64,000 nt of DNA from Girardia tigrina (Eukaryota), in assembly GCA_001938485.1 (NCBI GenBank), contig MQRK01248982.1, positions 1-64,000 on the forward strand. The letters run 5' to 3'. Position numbers and translations under genes: made by a program. The notes beneath the pieces are model-generated. The model was not told the DNA's origin. It was given only the letters and a program-made list of their open reading frames with translations, and did no database searches. Within the stretch, counting starts at the first letter, position 1. Every line of letters starts with the position of its first letter. Positions 41,401 through 53,400 of the stretch are shown piece by piece.

Positions 41401-44400
41401 AATATTGACATGAAACATAATTTGTGTAATTGATGCAATAACTTGACATAATCTATTTTATCATTCTTTTTCAATTAAGGTGTAGCTACAAAGAAGATCT
41501 TCAGTGAAGTGGCTCGAATTGGTCATGACTTTGCCTTTGGGAAGACATCATCAGATTTGTTCGAAAGAATAGAAAATCAATTACCAGTTGTTTTTACTTT
41601 GCAGGATGATGTCGGTGATACGTAAGCTTATGCCATATTTATATAAAATTTTTAGTTTGAATCATTTTATTTAAATTTGGCTATTTTTTAAAAGAAATCT
41701 TAAGTATCTTTTTTAGATATTAGATGATAATAAATTTTTCACAAAGATTTCTCGACAGCTCTCCCGAATATTGATGATTTTAAAATATTTTGGCATAAAT
41801 CCGGTATTAATTGTTCTGCATTCACCATCTGAATCGGTCTGAATTTATTGTCATAGTGAGTCATGTTGGTATGATTCTGCATTTAAGAATCATTCAAATT
41901 AGAATTTTCAATCATGTCAAAAATGAAAATTTCCCAAGCAAAAGTCTTTGGTAAAATTCAAAAGGTGGAATTAGAAATAAATTTATTAGATAATACAAAA
42001 CCTGAAGTCAAATCATATAGTACATTATTAAAAGATGATGACTTAATTTATCAACAAAAAGAGAATTATCAAAGGTAGTGACTGATTTCAGTGATGTTAT
42101 AGCTACTCATGAAGTCGATTTTGGGGATGTACGAATAGTGGAACACGCTATCTTCACTACAAATGAAAGACCTATTAAGCAAAGAGTATATTTAGCTCCA
42201 CCAAAGATACAAGAAGAGATAAAGAGACAAACCAAACTATTATTAGAGGAAAAGTCATAAGAGCAAGCACCTCACCATGGTCATCATCAATTGTTCCTGT
42301 TAAGAAAAATGATGGAGAAATTCGCATGTGTATGGATTATTTGACACTAAATATCGTTACAAAAAGAATTATCTATCATCTACCAAAAGTTCAAGAGATG
42401 TTCGATAAATTGGGGAATGCAAATATTGTACTAAGCTAGACTCAAATAAAGGTTTTTACCAAGTAAAAGTTAAAGATTCAGATATTAAAAAAAGTGCATT
42501 TACTATTAGAGAAGAATTACAAAAGTTTATGAAATGCCATTCGAACTAAGTCACTTTTCAACGTACTATGAATGCAACTTTAAAGGACATGTTTTACGTG
42601 ATAGTGTATATCTACGATGTAGTAATTAAATCAAAAACCTGTGAGCAACAAAAAGATACTATCGATGTATTTTAAAAACTGAAATATTGTTCTGCATTCA
42701 CCACCTGAATCGGTCTGAATTCATTGTCATAGTGAGTCATGTTAGTATGATTCTGCATGCAAAGTAAAGTAATTGGCGATAAAGTAATGAATATTATGCA
42801 ATGTCTTTTAATAGAAAGCAGAATCATACAAATTTGTATAATCTAATATACCGCAAAGTTATTTTAATAACCGCGTTTCAAATTGTAATGATACAGCAGC
42901 TAAGCCAATTAAAAACTATGTCGAATTTTACTACTCACAGTATTTCATGGGCCATGTCTTCACATTATTGTGCCTTGTTTACCTCACCTCAAGTTAAGAT
43001 ACATGAGAAATTCCTAGAATCAGATTCATTTAAAGAAATCCAATCCATAATCTATAAATTAGAAGGATCTATCAGGTCAAATAAAGACATGAAAAAATAA
43101 AGACGAATTCACATATGGGCATTTGTGATATTTAGTGCTGTATTATTTTCGTTGAGTTCATTAATGATATGGCACATTATAAGTCAATATAAATATACAA
43201 ACGAAACATACGGCTTTAAACTTATATCGTACTTTTGGAAATACCTGCCAGGAATGTTCGTGAATCTAACACAGGTGTTTTTAGTCGTAAGTGCATTGAG
43301 ATTTTAAGTTTCACTGTAAGTTTTTGTTTTCACTTCTATATTTTGCAGATGGTCGAGTCAAATTGGTTAATCAAAAATTTGGTCGAATCTGGACTATCAA
43401 ACTGACAAAGAAAAATCTAAAAATAATTTGATTCATTCTGTGAATTTTATGAAAAAATTTTTTCGTTAATTAAAAAAAAAAGAAATCGATGTATGTAAAA
43501 TGTTTGGTTAGATCGATTGTGTACAAAATAATTTTGAAAATTAAAACTTTTGAATATCGAATTTGTTTTAAATTGAATAGAAAATAATTGTGACAATTTC
43601 AAATAATGAATTTTAAATTTACTACAATAGTTGATGTAAAGAATCTAAATTTCCATCATGGTATCGAACCGTGCTTGGGGTTAAATGGGCCCATTCATAC
43701 GAGAAGTCGACAGCAATTACTCAAACGATTAGTCGAAATTCGCATTGATTTATTCCTCGTTCGCGGCTGTTCGGGAGGTGTTGTGAGTGGTTGTTTGCTT
43801 GGTCATTGTCTTGGAGGTGTGTTCGGGGAGTCGTGTTTCGGCGTTGGAGGTGTTACTGAATTGTCCGACAGAAGTGAACATCTGGGCCCATAGAGACGCC
43901 TTCGGACTCCAGGATACACAATACGCATTCGATTTCTGATTTGTAATATCGATTTTGTTTTCTTTCACACAACACAGTGAGTCCGTATCGTTCAAAACCA
44001 TTAAAAACGACTCTTTCTAATTTGGATGCCACCGCAAATCGACCAACTGGCTCTCAGTATTCGGTTTCTATTCACAAAATCTCGATTTTCCACTCTCCAG
44101 CAGCGATCTCTCGACATGGAACAGCCCTACAGTCGCCAATCGACCATCATCGGTCACCAAAGCGACCAGCAGAATCGACTCATTGCAATTGAACTCGATC
44201 CAGGCGACATTCAATTGGAATTTGATCGAGAAAATCAGATCGACACTCACGAGTTTGTCTTTCGAGTCGACCGATTCAACACTCGCTCTCGTACGAGAAG
44301 ATACAGCAGAAATTCACATCGTTGTTGGCGATCGACGCCAATAATCCGGCCCGACAATCGATTGCATTATATCGGATGTTTTTCGTGTATTTAGTCGATG

Positions 44401-47400
44401 ACGGTTTTAATGGATGAAGCGTTTGAAAATTAACGTTTATCGAATTCGATTTGTCGTTAAATCTTTTGAATCTTTCACAGAATATTTTAACCATTTCAAT
44501 ATCGATTTTTAAATTGATTGATTCACATTTCACTTTGTAAGAATTAATCGTGATGAGATAATTTTCTCTAAAAGCATTTTGCTTTCTATTTAAATCATTG
44601 TAAGTTTCATTCAACACCGACATTCTTTGATCATACAGAAACACTGCCGTTTATTTTATTTCTATTTAAATTTTGATTTAAAATCGATTCGAGTTTAATA
44701 ATATCGACGAGAAGAATAGGCACATCGAAAGTCGTATCATTCAATGTTTTTACAATTTCAATATTTGAGGTTTTTCTCAACATCGCGATTAACACAATTC
44801 AGCTTCCAGAAAAGAAATTCACTTTTTAATCAATTCAAAACGTTATTAAGTCACGTATCGCATTTATTTTCATCAATCAAATACACACTCGTATTTACAT
44901 GTATCTCAATTTGCTCCAACCAAACAAAACTCAAGGTCATAAAAAAAATCATTTTTCAATCTCAAAAAAATTAAAATATTACAATTAAACTGGATTTTGT
45001 CCTTTTTAATTACAATTATCAAAAATTTTCCTTTATAAAAAAACCAATTACAAAATTTGATAAATATATATATATATATATATATAATTTTTTTCTACCT
45101 TTAATTTTTAAATTTTAATAAAAATTAAATATATATATTTTCTCCTTTATCAATTCGTAACAGGAGGCTAATTGTCGGTTTTGCGCGATGGTAGTGCTAT
45201 TTTTGGTGCGGTTAGCTACGATGAATTGACAAATAATTATGAAAAATTCATAAACACAAGTCAAGACTTCCCAATTTTTATGAAAATCGACTCCGAAAAA
45301 ATATTTTTAGTTAACTTGAAACCTCAATTGACAATTGAAAATATCAAAGTAAAAATTCATAAAAGGAAAGAATTTCCACAAACTCACAAAAATTGTGTAT
45401 CAATGGAAAACTTTTACAAGATCAAAAGACAATAAATGAGAGTCGTGTAACTAAGAACGATACACTCTTCCTTCTGTTCGGCGTCAAAGGAGGCATGGAA
45501 ATAGACGATGACGAATTGGACGAAAAAAATGTTCTCCCGAAGAAGTTCAAAGGGCAAATTAAATCTGATAAGAATTAAATTTGGACTCTTTATTGCCACC
45601 AGAAAAAATCAGTACAACAATTGATTTGTATAATCAATATTATAATGAAGTTATTAAAGATTACGAATCCATAGCAATTAATGCTAAACGATTGAAATAG
45701 AAAGAATACAACTCATAAATTGAGAGAGCTGATAAAATTAGAAGAAGAAAAATGAAGAAATATTGACATTGCTTATCAAAAATTCAAAAATAATTCAGGA
45801 AAAATCAAAGAGGATAATTAAATTTAGATGGTGGAAAAGAGAATTTTCATCAAATTCCAAGCAGTCGCCTTACGCACATTTTCCAGAAATGTGAGTACGA
45901 TAAATGGATGAAGACCTTTGAAGCTTGTATTAACTCCTCAAAAATGTCTGAGGTAGCAATCAAATTATGCTTGATCAATGCTTTTCCAGTGAGATGATAC
46001 CGAACAATCCGTTTATTATACTTACCATTCAAATTGGTCTTGAAAAAAATATCCGATAAATAAATGTTAGATAGAGTTGAGGAAGCAGAAAATGTTCATA
46101 AGGAGACTGAGTTTGAATTAGCAGAAAAAAAAGAATAAGTGAAGATCAAAATAAATGGTTTAAATCGCATATAGAATTAAGGTAGGAAAAATAATTAAAG
46201 CAAAAGATTCAATATTAAAAGCAAATCCTATGATTGCAAAAGACAGACTGTTGAGAAGCAACAGCATGATAATGAAATCTGAGTATCTTCCTTGGAATTT
46301 ACGATATCCGTTAATACTATCTAATGAAAGTCCAATAACGAAATTAATAGTGGAACATGTTCATGAAGAATTTCTTCACTGTGCTGGCGTTAATCAACAG
46401 TATTGTTAATTATCAGAAAGATTTTAGTTCCTGAAAATGCGAAAATTTTTAAAAGAATATCAAAAGTTTTGCAAGATCTGTTCTAGAAAATCAGCTAAGG
46501 GAATTTCTCAAATAATGGATGATATACCGGAATTTCGCTTTCGAGAGCAGTTAAGAGCATTTGATAAAATCGCGATTGGTTATCTTGTCCAATATACACT
46601 AAACAAGGACGAGGAAGGGCGAAGAACAAACATATGTCTGTTTCATCACTTGTCTTCAGAGTAGGGGAATTCATATTCTTATAAGAGCCTTAAAAGATTC
46701 ATCACCAGAAGAGGAAAATCATCTATCATAGTTTCTGATAATGGAGGAAATTTTCGGAGAATAAACAGAGAAATTATGGAGATAAAACAAGGCACTTATG
46801 CAGCGTTAAAAAGGGCTGAATTGCGGAGAGATAAAATGGATATTAAATCCTGCTATAGCACCCCATATCGGAGGAGTTTATGAATACCCATTCAAAACAG
46901 CAAAGAAGGGTTTTTTTGCGGGAATCAATAAACCATAAAAAATAGATAAATAATAAAATCAAAACAGTAAATTAAAACAAAATAATCGAAAACGATCATG
47001 AATTATAAAAGAAGATGAGCGTAGAACAGGAGCAGTCATAATAAAATGTGATATAATAGTAGAAAATACATTAAAAATGATATAAAAAGTGTAAAATTTC
47101 GATAAAAAGAGAATAGTTACAAGTCAATAATCAATAAAATGGAAATGATGTACGAAAAATTTCATAAAATTAGTATCAAATTCAAAATAATTACGCGAAT
47201 AAAATAAAGTAAAAAGTTTGAAATTCTGTCAATAAATGGCCAAAAAATAACAAAAATGAAAGAAAAATAATGAGAGCGGGCACAGTGATTGTTCGGCCGC
47301 GACGCTCTAGCGTTTAAGGGCAGACTCTGGGTTAGAGGGATAAACAGAATCGTATCTCACATTTTTTCGGTCCATGATACACCAGGTCAATTCTCGAATC

Positions 47401-50400
47401 GGTCAACTGTTATCGGATTTGATTGCAGAAATTCTTCCACTCCTCTAAATCGCAAGATTGGGAGCAAGAAACACCGCCTGGGCTGTGGGCTCGAAATTGG
47501 CATTGGAGGAATTATCAATTTCCTCTATACAATCCGCGATGGATTCACCAAGTATGAAATCAGAATGAGTTCCCTCACGATAAAGATTGGAGAGTGTCTA
47601 AGACGCGTGGCAATTCATCAAGCTCTTCGTTCGAAAACCATGAGTTGCGTGACTGAGGTTCAATATGTATCTCCACGTAAACTCTGGCACAAATTCTCGA
47701 ACTATTCCAGTATTGATTTACATTTATAATCGAATAAAGAATTTGAATTCAGCAACATTCCAAAGTATTTTTCGTGACAATTGCGCAAGCACACCAACAA
47801 GCAGTCCCAATAACTGCTAGTCGACACTTGGAATCGATCGAGATTTTTAAGCAATTTCTCAAAAAAATTGAAGAGATAAATTCAAATTCTGACTAATAAA
47901 TTTTCTGAATATTTTTGACTATAATGTACAATTTATTGATATCTAATTCAGTGTTGATTCGCTGATCTTTGAGAAATGTAACAATCTTCATCTCTCGAAG
48001 ATATTCATATAAAAATGGTGGAAAAATATTGCAATTTATTTTCATTTTAAAGTTGCCAGCAATATTGCTAATCTCAACAACAACAAAGAAAATTTCAGCG
48101 CAAAGATTTATTTCTTTCACTTCATATAAACAAACAACAATCAAGTACATATATCAAAAGTTACGTAATTTAATTCGATTAAACAACGCTCGCCAAATCA
48201 ATTTTTTGATCATAATAATAACAAAAACACAATAATGTCGCACGATTCACACCAAGCCAAAAGATTGATTTAACATTTCTTTTTTTTGATAATCGTTATC
48301 AATTAAAATAGGATACAAATAAAATGAAAATAAAACGGTAAGAATGCAACGAGACGAAATGGTGAAATTAAAATAAAATAAAATTATATGTTAATGAATG
48401 GATAAGATGAATATTAGTAAAGAAAAAAATGTTTTAATGAAGATTATATTATAGAATAATGAACGACAACGAGCAGCCAGGAACTTCCAGTGTAGTAATT
48501 CATGACGTATTTGAAACCGAATTAAACTCAGACGATGAGGATCAGACAAATCAAACATCGCGCAACAATAATCGAGAGATACCAAAATATATGACCCTAT
48601 GGAGGATGGAAAGGCGAACCAAAGGCGAATACATAATCATAATGTACAACAGAGCAACTAACAGTCTATATGAAGATCGCACGGAGGTCAATTTTCGTTT
48701 TGAAGTATGCGAAATACGGGGAACTCGAATGTTAATGCTACATCCAAGAGATTGGCCAAGGGGAGCCGAAGCCGAGGGTTATTCATTATTCGCAGCATGG
48801 ATGGAACCTACAAAAGTCCGAGAAGTATGCCAAACTCTGATAGGAATGCGATGGAAGACTTTCAGAGATTTTCATATCAGCTGGAATAGTCGATATAGCA
48901 TAATAGAAACGAACCAGAGTTGAAGAACACTGACGATTGTCGCGACAAACGACGACAAAGAGGAAATCATCAAAAATATAGGAGGAATCAAGTACGAACG
49001 CAAATCACAAATATGGATGCGGTGTAATCAAGAAAATCGTTTCCGAGTACAAATAGGGAATCTGAAGGGAGATAATTACGCTGAATTTTGGATTGTGAAC
49101 TCCATATTATATCACTCTGTTGAGGAACAGTTATTACCGACTATGAGAGGCTTAGCATGGAACAATACTGAGAGGGTAATCAAACATCAAAGAATACAAG
49201 GACCGTTATACGTGACATGCACTAATCGGCGACGAAGGCAGAGTCAAGAGATGTCACACCTTCAAGTTGATGAGGATTTCGAAGGTACCATATACGGAGT
49301 ATGCGAACAATCCTTGAACAAAAAGAAAAGAAACAATGAACTTGAAACAATCCGAGAATACTCACTGCTAATCCCTGACAGGCCAGATATCAATCGAACA
49401 GTGCCATACTACGAGTATGGGTTGTACAAACCAACACATTGACAACAATACACTTCAGGAAAAGGACCGAAGTTGGAGAACTATTTGTATAAGACCTACA
49501 ACTTATCAATATCCGAAGCAATACTGACAAAAGAATATATAAAACACGCTGAGGAATCATCCGATCAGTTAGTACAACAATGGCTCGAGCAGAAAAGAGC
49601 GCAGACTAGGCCACAGACTTTTCGGAATACAACAACACACCACAGATTAAAAACTACCAGAACCAGTATTGAGGAAAAGATAATAAATGGAGTCATAGCA
49701 ACCGCAATAGTAATCGCAGTAGTCGGCGTTGGTATAATGATAGCCATATTAAAACACTCAAATCGAACACATCTCAGATACACCAAAGGAAAAGGTATGA
49801 ACCCGGCCACGTTGATGCTTGGAATGAGGACTATAATGACGATAGAAATCATACCAAAAAATGAAGCGGCAGAATACCAATTTATTTGGGGAACAATAAA
49901 AGTGCAATTCGGGAGAACGTATATAAAATCAAAAGCGGAAATAGTGTTAGAAGACCCCCAAATACCAGAATGGATCTGCTTAGCCGGATTAGATCACGGA
50001 TTACGAATTCCATTGTTCAAAACTGACTTCACCACAGAATATGGCAACATCAGCGGTAATAGTAGCGTTACAACTGACGCCCACAGGAGTACCCACCAGT
50101 GAACGCAGAGCACTAGAGATAAATTGGTATACTAGTGTAATCGTATATGATGACAAAATAGAATGGGATATGACACCTTTTTATCTGAATAGTGAGTGGT
50201 TGGTTAAACTATTATACCCAGAAAGTACATTCAACCTTAAAAAGCCCCATCATCAACATGCAGTCCAAGTTACAGCCGACGAAGTACAATATACCGCTAG
50301 TCTAAGTGAGCACGAAAAGGCATGGATAAACTTCAGAGACGATTATGACGGACAATGGGAACCAAATGCTGGAATTGGAAAGTATCGTTTGAGCTTAAGA

Positions 50401-53400
50401 AACGCACGTGAAAATAGCCAGACGCAATTATCGGTATTGATAACAAGAAAAATCGACAGTGTGGAGTACAGCACTTCCTACCAGGAATATGTCATCAATA
50501 AAGGACAAGTAACAACGACCAATTCTCGAAGCCTATTAAACTCAACATATTCGCTACATCAATACAACCTACCATCTTATGAACTATTACCAAAGATGAC
50601 CGAATTATTTAGCGTAAATAGGTGTGAAGAACAAAAGCTGACAGAAAACAAAGAACGAGAGGATATCGACAAGCATATACGAAGAACGAGGATCAACGAT
50701 TACGAAATCCGATACACAACACAACGACTCGGGGTAAGACGAACAAACCCCAACAAACAGTTATCAATGATCGTTTTATGCGCAACAAGAGACATGCAAG
50801 AAATACACCACTCCAACGACCCGTGGGTGTATTGTCGAATGTCACCCGATCTGATCAGAACGGGCATACTATCAATCCACATGGAAAGGAAAGCCGTTAC
50901 TATCGAGAAGCATAACGAATTCGTGATACAAAACCATACATTATATTACCCAGTGAAAGTACGAATGAAATCGACGTTGTACCGAGAATACTACTATAAG
51001 TACCATCCGGTACTACGAGAGCACATCAAAGGGCTGAGAAGTTTTCAAGACGTAGCCAATGGACAAGCAAATAGACTAAAGGGCAGTATGATCCTTTCCT
51101 GCAATACTTTTACCAAAAAATATCAACAAGCTTTCCGAGGTCGACCCAGATCATTAATTGCAGAATACCGAATATACTTATACGCACCAAGGAGAATACC
51201 GATCCGAATAATGACAATGTACACCACACAATATAACGGCGATTACGTGGCAGCATATTACCAAGAATATCTAATAACGGGTGATGAAATACGAATTGTG
51301 CCTCCACAACACGAGGACGAGATCTATGAACAGAATCACAAGTTGTTAACGCCAATGGATATCTTTTCCCACGAATAAAACCAGCATTACGAGCGAGGCC
51401 GCTGATTATCGAACCGATAACGGAGAGAGCAGTGATACCGACAATAACAAGTATAGAGTCGACACGAAATGCCACGGCAAAGTCACTCAAAGAAACAGCA
51501 AAGATAGCGGCATTAACAAGTAAATTTATAACATTAATCGTTCTTACAGCTGCCGGCATACTAATCCTGATCTGTATCAATACATGTCTATGTTACCGAC
51601 AATGGCAGCGAAAGAAGAAAAAAGCCAGAACCAAAAACTCACCGGTGGGCGACAATACGAGGCCCCAGAGGGTCCCGACAACCTGATCCCAGAATCTATA
51701 AAACAAGAGATCGAATACGATGCGCAAGCGCGAATCGAAAGAAAGTTGCGCGACATCATCGCAAGAGTGCCGAACTCAAACGAGTTCCCCGATGTGCTAC
51801 GAGAGACGGCGGAACTAAATGGCTACAGTTACGCAGAAATCCGTCCACCAATACGAACTACGAGCGCAATGTCGCCCCAAATGAAACGAGCGCTGGCGGA
51901 CCCTTACTGCGTCACCAGCTACTGATGAGAGAAATTTCATGAAAGTAACACTGTAAATATGACAAAAATGTGATCGATAGTGAATATTGATAAACTGGTA
52001 AATTGAACTCGTTATGTATTTTTTGTGAAATATTAGTGTAGATGATTGACTGAAAACCTTGCTTTACCGTAGCTGACACTTATCTTGTATCTTGTGTGAC
52101 CTTATCTTTCACTTATATTTTTATGTTTTATTCTGTTGTAAAATCTCGAGTCGAGATTTCAATGGTACCCGAAGGAATGTTGCGGTCCGTTATAGATCCC
52201 TTACAAAACATTAGGTAACAAATACATTACATAAAGATCAAGAACTAAGACAATTAGGTTTAATACATGTATTTGATAGTATTAAAAACAAAATAATACA
52301 CATTCTTTACGGCGTGGCACCCGTGGAACCCTTTGCGACCCCAAGGAACGGTATTGAGATGTTTTGGAGGCTGAAATAACCATGTGAATGAGAAAAAATA
52401 CCAAGTCATGTCAGGGCTTACCTAGTGACAGAAATCGAGTAGCTGGCCCTCTTCGGAGAGGTCTTCGCGCCCCGACTCCGTTTTTTCAATCTACGAGCTG
52501 GTGATAATTTCTTGAGCAGAGATATACACCTGTAAAGTTAGAAGAATTAATTAATAAATACAAAGATTAATTAAAAAACTTACGTGAGTCAGCAAAAAAT
52601 CCACGAAGAATCACCGCGTGATTATTCACGAGATTAGTCCGTGATTCACAAACCTTGTGACACTGGCGGCCTGCAAACATACAAGCATCAGTTTCTATAT
52701 AAAATCGAAAACTTACAAAAAATTTTAGAGACATACCAACGAATGCACCCAGACAATGACAGTAATTGACCAATTGATATTGTAGAAATTGTGGAATGAT
52801 TCGTTGGCGAACTAGGATTGGACGGGGCCGAGTGACGAGATGGCAGACCCGTACTATAAAAATTACAATTAATTTCAGAATAATGCACAAATTTTGACGC
52901 ACAAGAATTTAACGCGAAAGAAAAATCATTGACATTTTATTGAGAATAACCGAAACTAGAGAACCCTTGAACGAACGACAAACGCCACACTGAGACGAGA
53001 GAACAGTTAACGACTGCACAACGAACTAGCGAGAAGCGACATAAATTCCAAACGAGAGATTCCGAATCCTCATTACTATTGACAATTCGAGTTGCCGATA
53101 GATCATCCTTTTTATTTTTCTTATTTTATTGTTTACGTTTTATTCGGTTTAATTATCCTAAATATATGTATTGTAAATATCGATTTCCTTTCATAATTGA
53201 CTTTCACTAACCTTTAGTCTGTAACAAGACTCCCCGAAAAATGTCGAGGCGACACACCAACTAGTTATGATTTTTTAACTTGAGTCAGCAGTACAGTGTC
53301 AGTCTACTGAAGCTAAGTAGCTAGACCTGCTAATATATAGATAATAGCAACTTATAAATAGCGATAAATTATAATAACTTTTGTTAACTCCATAATACTC

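Larger units (their letters stand above)
45163..53226 (+). mobile_element. Decayed BEL/Pao LTR retrotransposon with ubiquitin-like leader, gag remnant, integrase remnant and large accessory ORF; putative 3' LTR 52178-53226
   Basis: Gag remnant [22 protein letters not shown]; integrase [24 protein letters not shown]...IVSDNGGNF and PHIGGVYE, typical of BEL/Pao; TGTT...AACA LTR-like ends. Confidence 0.75.

Noticed and set aside
48921-49442. Alternative genetic code (TGA=Trp) or selenocysteine, suggested by in-frame TGA codons
   Set aside because: The host gene uses TGG for Trp and ends in TGA; TAG and TAA stops and frameshifts are also common in the decayed elements, which fits ordinary GC-to-AT decay.
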